Assembly (NCBI RefSeq): GCF_001194135.2
Contig: NC_068984.1
Span: 40,384,980-40,427,915 of the forward strand
Source: Octopus bimaculoides
Lineage: Eukaryota
Direction: 5' to 3'
DNA: 42,936 bases
Shown: positions 11,296 through 24,830 of the stretch, piece after piece
Position numbering within the stretch: position 1 is the first letter of the stretch
Layout: each line of letters opens with the position of its first letter
Notes under the pieces: model-generated
Database searches by the model: none
What the model was told of the DNA's origin: nothing
The model's input: only the letters and a program-made list of their open reading frames with translations
Made by a program: the position numbers and the translations under genes

Positions 11296-12148
11296 TATAT
11301 ATATNNNNNNNNNNNNNNNNNNNNNNNNNNNNNNNNNTATATATATAATTCAAAGAAACTGATGTTGGTCTATGTCGGTAAGACTTGCATTATTTAGTAA
11401 AATCGACAAAAAGAGTATTACAAAAAGAATTTTAGACAGAGACCTTCTTCTGGAAAAGTTCACAAGAGTGAAATAAAAACATGCATGGTGTGATACAAAT
11501 CTCGATTGAGGTGTTTGAGATTAGGTATAATGAAAGAGATGGTTCGCAAAATTCAGTGGGTGTATACAATCCAAAGAGACTAGTCTGTCTGTGTATTGGT
11601 CAGTTTCTTTGTTGGTCAGTCTGTCTGTTGGTCAGTCTGTCTGGCTCCTCTCTCTCTCCCCCTCCCCTCTCGTTCTCGCTGCATTTATGTTGTTTGGCTT
11701 ATCCTTCTCTCGTAGTGTGAAAACTAATGTCCTTAAGGTCTTGTCTGAGATACTCGATAGGTACTTTTCCTCACAACACAGATACCACGCGATACCATTG
11801 AATATTTAATAAAAATACGATTAAGATATCATACCCCATTATATAATGACGTCATCAGCGGTATCTGGGAAACTCTGTGGAAACAGAGAGTAGTCTCATT
11901 ACTGCAATAAATACTCACTATTTCCGTATCGAGCATGTTTTCATTTTGATTGAAAACCCTGACGTACACACGTACACACACACAGACACACGCAAGCACG
12001 CACATACACACACACAAGACATGCACACAGATATTTATTATTGTGTTGTATAGAACATTCTACTTGAACTCTAATATATCTGCGTCTTCGTTGTTCATAT
12101 GGCAAATATGCATGTATATGTATGTGTGTATGTATGTATGTATGTGCG

Positions 12149-12202
<54 letters not shown>

Positions 12203-12719
12203 ATGTATGCATTTATGTATGCATATACATAAAAGAAAGCTCATTATTTCGGCTGAAGCAGGTCACTGTTTTACCAGATGTGATAACCTCGATGACAGAC
12301 TAGAAATAATGAAGAAGTTTTGATGTGTTAATTAAACGAATCGGTCAGCATTCCAGTATTCCAGGCGATATCCCCTCATTAATCATCATCTGTGTCACAC
12401 AGATCACTGGTTTATTACTCTCGGTGCTCTTGTTTTATTGCCTGTGCAGAAATTGTGGTTGTACCGTTATCATCTTCGTCACTTTATTTCGATTACGATG
12501 ATCATAGATATTATTACTACGACCGTAATCATCGTTAGTAAGAACAATACGAGTAGAAGCAACACCAGAAGCAGTAGCAGCTTCAATAGTTACAATAATA
12601 TAAGCATTACTCAATAGTGTGTTATACAATGCTGTTGTTATTCGACCCCAGGCCACTCCTGATTGCAAAACTCTGTAATTAGATGCGTTCCAAGAATAGC
12701 CGTCGTCCATTTCTACGAC

Positions 12720-13300
12720 GCGAAACATGAAGGCTGCGTTGTCAGTTAGAGCTCATGTCCTAAAACAAGACGGAACGAAAGCTGTTCGAAGGACACAGCT
12801 GATGGAGGTACGATGTAACGACAAAGTCGCAAGACAGTCTTTGACTTACAAGCAGATTTGGCCGGGGTTCCAGCAGCACTTTTCTCAACTTCTCCAACTA
12901 AGCTATAAATCAGAAACGATATTGTACTTAGGTGTTTTTGACTTTAGTACCTATATTAAAAGTCTGCTACTTTTTGGCAGAAGGAGCGGGGTAGTGCGAA
13001 GGGCCAATAAAAGTAACTGAGACGCGGGAGGTACTGAATGGCTGTGGAGGGGACAAGTCGTCATTTTTTTATAGTCTTCTCCATACGTTTTATGGTTATA
13101 CGTCAGATCTGTGCGCCATCCTCTTGGCAAACATCTATCGCAACTGGCTGGAGCACGAGCGAATTCCCACTTCTGTGCGCCGAGGAGTGTTAACACTGCT
13201 CACCTCTTTGACGGGGCTGCAGTCCCGGGTCAAGAAAATACTAAGATTGGGTGTCTGGCACCTGAAATGTTATCAGGTGCTCACCGCTCAGTCGGGCAAT
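12720..13300 (+). mobile_element. Tx1/L1-like LINE ORF2 relic (linker and start of RT, internally deleted)
   Basis: VRAHVLKQDGTKAVRR..FQQHFSQLL, EVLNGCGGDKS, SDLCAILLANIYRNWLEHERIPTSVRRGVLTLL, and KILRLGVW. Confidence 0.7.
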
Positions 13301-13309
13301 GCGATAGGT

Positions 13310-13642
13310 AGAAGTTCTACGTTAACAATATATAAAACCATCTGTTATATATATAACTATCTGTTTCCGGATTTAATCTCACTGTACCGCATCTTCCGAA
13401 AACTGAAGATCATTTACATTATTTTCAACAGTGTTGGCGATCCAAAAAGAGGATCACTGGAGCTACATTTCCTCCTCTGACTAATCTATAAAAGATAGAA
13501 GGACAATGAATTTCTTTACGCTTGTAGCTGTGAAAACTTGATGGTGAAAAGAGGTCCGGAAATTTGATAATTTCAATTGTGCTGAACTAACAGATATTAC
13601 CTTTGAGTGATTAAATATCGTTCTATCTAACATTATTCGTGG
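13310..13642. repeat. Dispersed repeat of about 330 bp, copy 1 (copy 2 at 21130-21449)
   Basis: Aligns in direct orientation, e.g. GAAAACTTGATGGTGAAAAGAGGTC(C/T)GGAAATTTGATAATTTCAATTGTGCTGAACTAACAGATATT; roughly 80% identity by eye. Confidence 0.9.
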
Positions 13643-13643
13643 T

Positions 13644-13730
<87 letters not shown>
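13644..13730. repeat. (GA)n microsatellite
   Basis: Read directly from the sequence. Confidence 0.98.
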
Positions 13731-13734
13731 GTAA

Positions 13735-14462
13735 AAGTGTTGATGTTTTCGAGGATACGCTAGGCATCGACGAAGACAAACTAGCTGCTCTGTTCCAGAG
13801 GACTTTCGGGTCGGGGAAACAATGCGGACACAATACAGTGTCCGAGTATTTCAGATTTGTGGAGTTATGTTGAACGGTTCCAGTCACGTGTAAGACGAAT
13901 CCGACTATCGGTCGAGTCAGTCGTTAATGTCGCTCCATCTTTATCAAGGCAGAGCAGGCGCTGTTCAGCTGCCTAGTGGCTATGGTGAAAGAGGCTGTGT
14001 GCCGGACAGATTCCTTTCTCTTTGGTCAAGCTCTCACCGAGGTTTTTAAGCTCCACTTGGAAAGGAAAGGGAAAGTGTTTTCTCTCTCAGTGAATTTGTC
14101 ACAGGCCATGTGAGTGAGACAAAAATGGTTAGGGTGACTGGACCGATCTAAGCTTGCACCTATTGATTGGAGAACAACAGTTGGGAGAGCATACGCGCCC
14201 TTGGCGACCAGAGTGAAACTGAATTTGTAGGGTTCCGTGATTGGTCCTTGTTGGAGGTAGTCCTTTATCAGGAGTACTGCATCTTAGATGTGTTCACATA
14301 GCTTGCGTGCCATATATACTTTTATTTCATTTCCCCCATTCTCTCTCTTTCTTCTCCTTGTCTTTGTAAACACCTACACAAGTTGTATACTGTATTGCAA
14401 TGTCACCTCATTTGATGCCTCCGTGGCAAATAAAAGAAATCATCATCATCATCATCATCATC
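13735..14462 (+). mobile_element. Tx1/L1-like LINE 3' end (C-terminal Cys/His region, 3' UTR, AATAAA and (ATC)n tail)
   Basis: QCPSISDLWSYVERFQSRVRRIRLSVESVVNV..EQALFSCLVAMVKEAV, followed by GCAAATAAAAGAA(ATC)n at 14426-14462. Confidence 0.75.
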
Positions 14463-14923
14463 TATGATTTCTTATGCATTCTTCACCATTATTTTAAATG
14501 CGATAGTTTTGGTTTGAATAATATAGTATTTCCTTGCATGGCTCATATAGCATATTAAGGAACATAGAATCTATATAGGAAACATCGTTTGAATGAAACC
14601 ATATATCTTCCCAACCCATTAAATGACAAGGATTAACTGGTACACTTGTAAGATATCTAATGTTACTTAAAACTGTCTCTGTTTGAAGTAACATTAGATA
14701 TTGCATATGCGCATAGACACAAACATAAGCACGCGTGCTCGCGCGCACACACACACACACACATACACACACACACCCTTGTAGAGTGATTATATATTCT
14801 TGCAACTGATGAAAGGCGCATATCCATAAGATTTCAAGTGCACTTTCACCAAATTCTTTAATCTCTTATACAGAGCGATGTGTATAATGATACACGTGAT
14901 TTTTAGATGCATATATACCAGGA

Positions 14924-14968
<45 letters not shown>

Positions 14969-15349
14969 GCATAAATACAAACATTTACACGCATACACAC
15001 ACACACACGCACATATCCATTCGCATGCACACACGTATATACACTCTTTTCAAGATTCTTTCCGTGTGCGTAATGAACACGAATGTTTTAGGGTCGGGTG
15101 GAGGGAACCTAACGAAAAACGAAGCAGAAAAATATATCAAAAGTAAAAAGCTTCTTACTGCATTGATTACAATACATATATATATTCATAAATATTTACA
15201 TTTTTTCCCTACACATACACATATATACAGATATGTACATATTCATGCCCATGTATACACATACATATTCACACACATATGCATGTATAACATATATATG
15301 CATATATATGTCTAATATATATTAGATATATATGAATGCCCAATATATA

Positions 15350-15353
15350 TGTA

Positions 15354-15401
<48 letters not shown>

Positions 15402-15403
15402 TG

Positions 15404-15445
<42 letters not shown>

Positions 15446-15540
15446 ATGAAAGAGAAAGAGTGAAAGAGAAGTAGAGAAAAAGAAAGAGGTGGAGTGCGAG
15501 AGAAAGAGAGAGAGAGAAGGAGGGGGGAGAAACAGAAGTA
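15350..15540. repeat. (TA)n, (CA)n and GA-rich simple repeats
   Basis: Read directly from the sequence. Confidence 0.9.
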
Positions 15541-17887
15541 TCTATAAAGTTTGGAATTGTGTGCTTACACTAATTTAATATTCCTTAAAGTATTTATAAA
15601 AACATGGACTAACTCTACAGTTTACTTCTTTTCAAATTTTATAGAATATTAGTTTTACCCTAAAGTAATTGAATACAATTCTAATAATATCTAATTATAT
15701 AATTTCTAAACTACCAACTCGGTTCTTCCATTTATTCGTAGACGGTTAATTTTAATGTATGAACGAATGAAAGAGTTTTGCTTTTATTGCAGGCTCAATC
15801 TTGGCTTTAATCATACCACATAGGTTATATATATCCATTTATCATAGCTGTATGTGAATATGTCTTTTTTTTTTATTGATGGTCTTATCAGAATTTGAAG
15901 GTCAGCGTTCATGAATTTTACTAAGGAGTGGAGTGAAGAGGTATCTAATTATCCTCAGAACATAAACTTAGTCCAAATGCTTGTAATTGAGTGGATTTCA
16001 CTAAAAGCTTCCAAGAATTATATGAAGATGTCACATGGAGTGATGGATTGGTAGGTCTACTACCCCAAAACGGGTACAGTCCAAGAGGTTTGCACAATTT
16101 TTTTTTTGTTCTCGAAGTAATGGTAGAAAACATATAACTGAAATTCAATACATGAAACCAAAGTCCTGTGCATTGAGATCAAATCCGGAACCACGTTATT
16201 GAAATTCGAACTTCGTATCCACTTGTTTATGTCCATTCCGATGATTAATATACTATTACTCGCGTACCTGTCTAATTAACATACATCTATATTTTGTTAA
16301 TCATTTAATTTTTATACCTGTAGTACTATCTGTCACACATATAGCCATACAAAATTGCCATTTGAAAAATTGTGCCGTTTTCAGTTAAATTGTAAACGAA
16401 ATATCCATGCAATATACGCATTTGTCAAATTATTTTATAGTCATTTATCTTACCTTATTACCTTACAATCTTGTTTTCTAATTAAGTGTCATATATTCGA
16501 ATTCATGAATACAATCTTTCTATATGTTATGCAATGATTATACCATGTTTATATTCGGAGCAAACTCAAACGTGAACATGCAAAAAGAATACGCGAAAGT
16601 AGGCTGCTACGTGAGAATTCAGTGTGACTTAAAACCACGTCTCTTCGTTGATGCCTCATAGTAGCGACTCATACTCTAATATTCTTGAACAATACTAACC
16701 CCCCCAAATTAGTACCTATATCAAAATGTAATGTCTTTTGAGATATTTTTGAATCCTGAAACACCCAATTCTTTTCTCATCTGTGTGTTTTAATTTGATA
16801 ACGTCTGGAGTGGACTCGAAATTACTTTTATATGATATATTGCCGAAAGTGACTACACATCTAATTGGCCCAGCTAATTTTAAAGAAATATATCTGTAGT
16901 TCTATATATGACTGATGATTGTAACGATTACGTTAAACTAGTAGTATCTCCCGAGAGCCTCTTTGAAAACTATATTCTTTGTTATACTCTTGCCACCTCT
17001 TCTGCTTTCAGAGTTGTTAACTATTATATTTGTCTTTACGTCAAGGAGTAAACAATCTTATCTATAAAACAAAATCGAAAAATTATCTATAATATTATTT
17101 ATTCTGTTACAGTGTGACTAGCCTTTTTATAGCTTTTACAAATCTTAATATGCTGTTACGTTCACCTATAATTTTCTGAACGATTGCATGAGAAAAACTT
17201 TGATTAATAACAGAAGATTTGAAGAAGGCGTCAACAGAAAAGTAAATATGAAATTAATAGCTCGATCAATACAGAATACACATTGAAACAGTTTATTTCA
17301 GAAATACAAGTATGCAATACTCCGAAAACTGGGTAGATATATAAAGATAGCGTCTTTGGTCTAAAGAACAGTTTAGTTCTGCAGAAGTAGAAATTTAGAC
17401 AGAGGAATCAACACTTCTAGTTTACTGGAGTTGAAGAGATCTTTACTTGAGACAGAAAAAGAAAAAGCAGTGATGTAATGAGAAGAATGATAACCTAGAA
17501 ATATAGCTTTAACTGTGTAGACATTTTCAAAGATCTAAATGGAAATCTCATTATTCACCCGAGTTTAAGTATCTTTTCTATTTGAAGGAGAATACTTAGC
17601 TGTTGTAATCCTATAATGAAAATGGACAATGATAGAGAATTGCTAAGAGTTCATAAAAGACAATAGTGAGAATAACAACAGACAAAAGAAAACATAGCAT
17701 GGGGGTATGTAAAATGTTGAAGAGAATAACATTCCAAAAGCAACTACAAATTCTATAAATAATAATATAATGGTGACGTTAAAGGTGATGATGATGGTAG
17801 TTGTTGTGGTGATGATTACTATGATAACGAGGATGATGATAATATAGTAAGGTTTTAAACGAATATTTTAAACGAGATATATATTAT

Positions 17888-17950
17888 CCTTTATCTTTTA
17901 CTTGTTTCACTTATTGTGGACGGCGTCCAGGCTGGGGCACTGCCATGAAA
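17888..17950 (-). mobile_element. 3' tail fragment of a family A-like SINE
   Basis: TTTATCTTTTACTTGTTTCAC...GGCTGGGGCACTGCC is the reverse complement of the family A tail, degenerate. Confidence 0.5.
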
Positions 17951-18429
17951 GGTTTAGTTGCACACCTACTTGTTTTTAAGTGTTACTTTTGCCGAATGGT
18001 TAAGTTATGAAGTTAAGCAAACAAACACCGGTGATCAAAGAGTGGCGAGGACAAACTCAATTACAAAGATACACACACGCCCTCGCCCGTACCCCCCAAA
18101 AAACCCACACAGATCCACACGACAGGTTTCCACACATTTTCAAACTCTATTATAAAAATATGTCTACTATTTACAACATGGACATACATTTGTTGATGTT
18201 GCTTGTTACACCCAGGCAAACCTTGCTTTTGAAGCCCTAAAACTAAAAGCGTTCTAGCCGTTTTGCTTTCAAGCATACGACATTCCAGACTACATTCTCA
18301 AATGTGACCTTTTTGAATTCGACGGGATATAATTTGTGACCATGTCGTTGACTCGAAGTACATTTGTTTAAACCCATATAAAAGAGACAAATAAATGAAT
18401 CCTTATCAAGCAAATGGATTTGCTTTTCT

Positions 18430-21060
18430 TGACTAATTTATTTTGTAATTCCTCATAAAACTTACTGGCTTGAATAGCGGCTGATTTATCGGCCTTGTCT
18501 GCTGGCTAGGGCTTTGAATGCCGGTCTTTGATGAGGTCCATTATCTAGTTCGTATGGTCTTCATGTTTCTCTGTTCTTGTTGTTGATCTAGGTGAGGATA
18601 CCAGATTGTGTAGCTTTCTGGTAGCTACTTCCGACTGGTAGTTAGGAGCCCGAATTCTCTGATAGCGCATGGAGAGGCTGCTCTAACAACAGTTGTATAA
18701 TATCAGTGTATCTGTAGTGCCATGTCGCGCATGGATGGGTATCCCTGCAGTTGCATCCGGTGGGCTTTCCCGAGGCTGGAATATTATAGGGAAGCTGATT
18801 ACTTGCTTACTTAAGGTGGAAATCATCCCTGGCTGGTCTATTTTTTTAATCAATTCAATCATGGCGGTCTCCAGTAAACAAAATCGCAAACCAGACTCAG
18901 CTAAATCACCTGCTCCTTTTACTGTCGCATTCTCCAATATACGTAGTGTCCGCTCTAATCTTACAGATGTTGAGTCTTTTCTTGCTCAGAACTGTCCTGA
19001 CATCATTGCTTTGAGCGAGACAAATCTCAGTCCAGATATTTCAGATGATTTTGTTGTTCCTGGCTATCTTTCTCTCTACCGGAAGGACTCTTGCAATCAT
19101 ATGCATGGCTCGTGCGTCTTTGCTCGTGCGTCTTTGCTCGTGTCAAGTTTCCCATTGTTCGTCAGGAAAATCCCGAGGTCTTTCATGTGTTTTCGGCTTT
19201 TTCTTCTGCACTCAACTAGCTACTTGTTCTTTCTCTATCGTTCTCCATCTTCTCAAAATTGTTCTGTTATCCAGTCTGTTTCTGACAGCATCGATAAAAC
19301 TCCCTTGTTTGGTAACTCTGCGAATATATTCGTCTTTGGTGATTTTTAATATTCACCATGAAGAGTAGCTTAAGTTTTCTCATAGCACTAGTGCATCTGA
19401 CATTGAAGTGTATAATTTTGCACTTTCTCAATCGCTCACACAACTCGTTGACTTTCCTACTCGTATTCCTGATCGTGATGACCAATCTTCCGCCCTCCTT
19501 GATCTCTTTTTGTCACCAAATCCTGAAATCAGTAAGGTTTGTCATGATTATCCCCTCGAGGGATCTGATCATGTTGTTTCAGTTGACGTTTCATTGAATT
19601 GCTCTGCTGCCAATTAATCGTACTCTATTCGGCTATGATCGCGGTGACTGGGACAATTTTCGCGACTTTCTTCGTGACGTTCCTTGGACGGATATCTTTG
19701 CTGAATCTGTTGAGATCTGTGCTGGGGAAGTTACTACTTGGATTTCCGATGGTATTAACACCTTCAAGGCATGCTACTCAAATACCAGCTGAAACCGCAT
19801 TCCTCACCTTAGTTTTCTCCTGCATGTGCTGCTGCTATCGACCATCGTAATCATTTTTTCCATCAGTTTCAGCGGGATAATTCTGCGTTGAATAAACAGC
19901 TTTTCACCAATGCTCGCAATCACTGTAGGACTGTCAATCATGATGCTAAATCAGACTACGAGTAGCACATTCATGATCGCATATCATCCCAGAAAGTTGT
20001 CTCTTGACTTCTGGAGAATTATTAAAAGTGTTAGAAGTAACAATAAGTCTTCTATTCCCCCTTTATACAACGGACCTGAGGTCTTGACAATATCTAATGA
20101 TAAAGCAGAGCTCTTTGTCCAACTGTTTAATTCTCACACTATTCTCGATGACTGGTCATCCAGTTCCTGATGTTTTTCTCAAAACTGATAAACTGTTACA
20201 CAGTCGTCATATTACCTCTGCTAAGGTTACGGCTATTATGGCACGGTTGGATCCATGTAAAGCAACTGGACCTGATGGTATTCCAGTTATTGTTCTTCAG
20301 AAGTGCTCTCCAGAGTTGTCTTCTGTCTTATCTAGGCTCACCCGAAAGTGTATCTCAGAATCTTGTTTTCCTTCTTTATGGAAATTCTCAACTGCTGTTC
20401 TTGTCTTCAAGAACTGTGGTGATCGATCTAATCCTCGTAATTATAGATCAATTATACCAACCATCAATAAGGTTTCTGAGTCCTTGATTAATGACTCTCT
20501 TGTAAAATATCTTGACTCAAATCATTTATTCTCCGACTCTGAATATGGTTTCCGTGCCGGACGGTCTACTGCTGATCTTCTCACTGTTATTACCGAACGT
20601 GTTTTTCATGCTTTGAATGTATCTGTTCAAGCTAGGGCACTTGCTCTTGATATCTTTAGGGCATTTGATAGGGTTTGGCATGCTGGACTTCTATGGAATC
20701 TCCAATCCTTTGGTGAGTCAGTTTTCATGCTGAACATCACCCACCTCCTCTTTCCTTTATAACCATAGGATCAAGGTTGTTCTTGATAGTCAATATTCAT
20801 CTAGTTATTCTATTAATGTTGGGGTTCCTCAAGGATCTGTCCTGGGCCCAATTCTCTTCCTTCTTTTTATCAATGATCTGCCTGATCATATCATCTGTCA
20901 GCTAGTAATCTATGCTGATGACTCTACTTTGTACTCTTGTTTGGAGAAATCTGACGACTTGTCTGATAAGGTTGAGATCGCTGCTAACCTTGAGAATGAT
21001 CTTCGATCTGTTGTTGAGTGAGACAGAAACTGGCTTGTAACGTTCAATCCGTCGAAACCA
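18430..21060 (+). mobile_element. CR1/L2-group LINE: 5' region plus APE endonuclease and RT pseudogene, truncated at the 3' end
   Basis: From ATG 18861: AFSNIRSVRSN..PDIIALSETNL, FGDF-NIHH, FPTRIPD..LLDLFL..GSDH (APE). RT motifs: KATGPDGIP, YGFRAGRSTADLL, ALDIFRAFDRVWHAGLL, GVPQGSVLGPILFLLFINDL, YADDSTL, NWLVTFNPSK. Multiple frameshifts and stops. The 5' boundary is uncertain. Confidence 0.93.
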
Positions 21061-21129
21061 GATACGGAAGCAGAAATACCTTTTTATTTTATCTATAAAT
21101 GTTTTCGATCTCTGTATTTCTATATGGAT

Positions 21130-21449
21130 GTAGCTATGGTCCTATAGTTACAATATTCGATGTATAACTATCTGTTTCTGGATTTGATTTCAATGTACTG
21201 CATCTTCCGAAAGATCACTTCCGTTATTTTGAACAGTGTCGGAGACCCAAAAAGAGGATCATTGGTGCCAAATTTCTTCCTCTGACTAAACTATAAGAAA
21301 TAGAAGGATCATGAATTTTTTTACGCTTGTAGCATTGAAAACTTGATGGTGAAAAGAGGTCTGGAAATTTGATAATTTCAATTGTGCTGAACTAACAGAT
21401 ATTATTTCTGAGTGGTTAAATATCGCTTTATCTAACATTATTCGTGGTG
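21130..21449. repeat. Dispersed repeat of about 330 bp, copy 2
   Basis: Aligns with 13310-13642. Confidence 0.9.
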
Positions 21450-22552
21450 GTTATGGAAAATGTTAATCGCAATCCTCCATCCACTATAGATGAAAGAAAA
21501 TGTATTAAAATTTATCGTCGTTAATTCATTCAAGAGACAGAAATTATCATCGTTAGAGAGTATCATTTAGTGAAAGATTTCAAGCGTAATTATCGTTTGT
21601 GAGGAGCATTTGTGAAGTTGAAATGTCTCTTAATGATTTCTTCCATCAAAGCTTAAGACGTAAATAAATATTGAATGCTGCAAGTAAATTTGATGAAAAT
21701 AATAAATAAACAAACATTTGAAAATACTAAAAAGTAAAATCTTTCCCATTTTGTTCTCTAGATGTAGCAAATAAGTTTTTGGTGACTATAAAATTTTCCA
21801 CTTCACTTATGTCATTTAGCAATGATACACTTTGCTGTACATCTTGAAAATTAGCAGAGTCATTTCACACCAAAAAACAAGAAAAAGAAAGAAAAAAGAA
21901 CAATAAGTTGCTTATAGCTATAATTACCGTATTCTTTGTTATTTTCACTGTTCTTTATATACGAGCACAAATAGCTTCAAATTCTTTAATATTATATTTA
22001 GGTGACAGAAAATAACTAAAAAAAAGGAAGATAAGAGAAACTTATTGCTGGATATTCTGGAATTAATGAAAGTAAAATCCTGGAGGCAAGTTTATAATTT
22101 TTGTCCAAGCAATTTTAATACGTTTGTCTCCGTCTCATATATATAATTTAACGAAATTTCTTTACATTAAACAATTAAAATAAAAGATCGATTAGTTAGT
22201 TGGTTAGATATCTAACCGATTGACAAATATTAAACAAGTGGTATTGAACGAGTGCGTATATTTATTTTTATGGGCATAATGATCTTCCCAACAAATGACA
22301 CGAACGTCATCTGTTCTCAGTAATTTAGATAGAGAATAATCTTATATCTTTTGTTAGCTAAAAACATCCTCACATGAAACTGAACCAAAGTTTTTTTTCT
22401 ATGAAAATACCATGTAAGCATTCCTGTAACAGGTATTATCAATCACTGTAAACATTATGTTTTTTTCTTGATGCTTACGGTGGCATCTTTTTCACAAGTC
22501 TGCTGTCAGTGAAGGATAAGGCCTTCTAGCGAGATTTCGATAATATATTTTT

Positions 22553-22732
22553 TTCTACTCTGGGCACAAGGCCCGAAATTTTGGGGGAGGGAGCCAGTCG
22601 ATTAGATCGACGCCACTACGCAACTGGTACTTAATTTATCAACCCCAAAAGGATGAAAATCAAAGTCGACCTCGGCGGAATTTGAACTCAGAACGTAAAG
22701 ACAAACGAAATACCGCTAAGTATTTCGCCCGG
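22553..22732 (-). mobile_element. tRNA-derived SINE family B, 5'-truncated
   Basis: Minus strand: CCGGGCGAAATACTTAGCGG..GTTCTGAGTTCAAATTCCGCCGAGGTCGACTTTG..TTTCATCCTTTTGGGGTTGATAAATTAAGTACCAG..GGCCTTGTGCCC. Confidence 0.88.
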
Positions 22733-22989
22733 AATTTTGACACTGTATTGAAATATAATTATTATTTACTTAAAATGTTTGATGCCATTAGACTTTACAT
22801 TAGTAGAACGACACTTATATAAAGTCTTGTACGTTACTTCTAAAACAGAAAACTTTAAAAAAAAACAATCACATCGTATGAGATAAAATGGTATGGTCTC
22901 CTGTCCGAGAAAGACAGTTCTGCACAGGTGATTTGTTTATAGTGCTCAAATGTTTGTGCAGCACATTAGCTCACTTTCTCATCAAACTG

Positions 22990-23130
22990 GCATTACCTGA
23001 ACAGGTGCACGTTGTTCCTCACGTCAAATGTCGAAGGAATCGCAGAGCAACGTTAGGTAAAGCGTTCTGCTCAATAACACAACGCACTGCCTAGTCCGGG
23101 AGTCGAAACCACGGTTTTGCGCGCAAATCC
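22990..23130 (-). mobile_element. CORE-like tRNA-SINE fragment
   Basis: Minus strand: GGTTTCGACTCCCGGACTAGGCAGTGCGTTGTGTTATTGAGCAGAAC (B-box followed by a CORE-like TTGAGCAAG motif). Confidence 0.65.
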
Positions 23131-23513
23131 TAAAATACTTGTTCACGGTAGATAACATAGCAAATAAAAAGTAACTTATTAGATACTTTAAGTGGAATTC
23201 TTAAAAAAGAAAGGAAAAACTGCAAGTAAGCTCTCAAAACAGCAACTACTGATGAAATATATGTTTTGTAAAGGACATTAATGTTCAATGGATCAATAAT
23301 GACGTTGCAACAAACCTGTTGATCGTGTATATAGTCACATGAGAATTGCGTGTACATAATGTGAATAATTCAACCACAAGCTAAGAGTCAAAGGGTTCCT
23401 CAGAATGAAAGTAATTTCAAAATGCGAAGCGTGTGAGCAAGAGAACAATTATTGCTCCGTAAATTAACGTTTATGAAAGAAGCAAATAGCTTGTAATGGA
23501 TTTTATATATGTG

Positions 23514-23873
23514 GGCGCAGGTATAGCTGTGTGGTAAGAAGCTTGCTTCCTAACCACATGGTTCCGGGTTCAGTCCCACTGCGTGGCACCTTGGGCTAGT
23601 GTCTTCGTCTATAGCCTCGGGTTGACCAAAGCCTTGTGACTGGATTTGATAGACAGAAACCGAAAGAAACGCATCATATACATACATAAATACATACATA
23701 CATACATGTATATACGTATGCATGTATGTATGTATGTGCGTATGTATGTTTGTACGTATGTATGTAAAATAAGTACCAGGCTTTAAAAAACGTACTAGGG
23801 ACGATTCGTTCGACTGAAATTCAAAGCGATACTCCATCGTAGCTGCAGTCTAATAACTGAAACAAATAAAAGA
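23514..23873 (+). mobile_element. SINE family A copy
   Basis: Same head, CORE-like segment and tail as 1974-2388, with an internal (TACA)/(TATG) microsatellite. Confidence 0.9.
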
Positions 23874-24035
23874 AATTAAATCTATCTATCTATATACATA
23901 TATATATATATGTAAAGAATTCAAGGTATATATATAAGAAATATAATCGAAATAAACAATTGGGTTTCGTGCGATTCAAAAGAAATTATGAATTATTTAC
24001 AATTGACGGATATTTGTACTCATCTTGTTCGTTGT

Positions 24036-24080
24036 TAACAACGTTTCGGCTGATATACCCTCCAGCCTTGATCAGGTGTC
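24036..24080 (-). ncRNA. Hammerhead ribozyme, predicted inactive copy
   Basis: GACAC-CUGAUCA-A-GGCUG..CAGCC-GAAAC-GUU-GUUAAC: uncompensated G8C (position 24070) and a 2-nt deletion in stem I' relative to 24831-24876. Confidence 0.8.
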
Positions 24081-24278
24081 TTGGGGAAATTTCGAACCGG
24101 GGTTCTTATTCCTAAGGTGTTTCCCGATGTTGTTATTATTATTATTATTATTATTCAGGTCACTGCCTGGAATCAAACTCGGAGTCTTGGGGTTAGTAGC
24201 CCGCGCTCTTAACCACTACTCCATATGCACGTGGGCAATTCTGGAGTGAATTTTAGGTCTTATAAATCTAATATTCTC

Positions 24279-24620
24279 TTATCCTTCCTTAATACCGGTT
24301 CCTATACGCTGTTCATATCTGCACTCGGTCTGCTTAGGAGGTTGTTGTGTCCTAGCATATATATGTGCTGCTTCTTTTAGTTTTCGTATTTTCCAGTGGT
24401 GTTCTCTGACTATTATTTTAACTTCATCCCACAGGGGGAGGTGGTCTCCATTTTTCCATACATGATCAGCTATACCCGATTTATCAATATCTCCCCGTGT
24501 CACAGCTTTGCGATGTTCCTCTAACCTTATTTTGAGAGGGCGACATGTTTCGCCTTTGCATACCCTACCACAGCTGCATGGGATGGAGTACACGCAGTTC
24601 TTAGTCATATTCTCTTCTAT
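24279..24620 (-). pseudogene. GIY-YIG endonuclease domain of a Penelope-like element (fragment with a frameshift near the end)
   Basis: CVYSIPCSCGRVCKGETCRPLKIRLEEHRKAV..KSGIADHVW..HLPLWDEVKII..RKLKEAAHI matches the Penelope GIY-YIG motifs VY.I.C.C...Y.GET...L..RL.EH and E...I. Confidence 0.92.
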
Positions 24621-24671
24621 TGGTGGTTTTACTCGAAGGAGTAAAACACTTCGCAAATACCTCCTTCGAGA

Positions 24672-24730
24672 TAGTGATTAAGAGCGCGGGCTACTAACCC
24701 CAAGATTCCGAGTTCGATTCCAGGTAGTGA

Positions 24731-24735
<5 letters not shown>
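24672..24735 (+). promoter_or_regulatory. tRNA-like (Pol III type 2) head inside the Penelope terminal repeat
   Basis: TAGTGATTAAGAGCGCGGGCTACTAACCCCAAGATTCCGAGTTCGATTCC has a B-box GTTCGATTCC. The minus-strand copy (about 24155-24230) has the A-box TGGAGTAGTGG but a mutated B-box (GTTTGA). Confidence 0.65.
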
Positions 24736-24775
<40 letters not shown>

Positions 24776-24830
24776 CAACAACATCGAGAAATACCTTAGG
24801 AATGAGAACCCAGGTTCGAAATTTCCCCAA

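Noticed and set aside
12435-12728. 97-aa protein-like minus-strand ORF
   Set aside because: It overlaps low-complexity AGC/AGT runs and degenerate repeat-like sequence; no recognisable domain or splice support.
12850-12902. Minus-strand exon candidate (LVGEVEKSAAGTPAKSA), phase-compatible with 9783-9867
   Set aside because: It lies antisense within the Tx1-like LINE relic (FQQHFSQLL), so the open frame and splice signals are probably incidental.
24155-24235. Possible tRNA gene with ACT anticodon
   Set aside because: Acceptor and T stems do not pair; it is treated as a tRNA-like head of a repeat.
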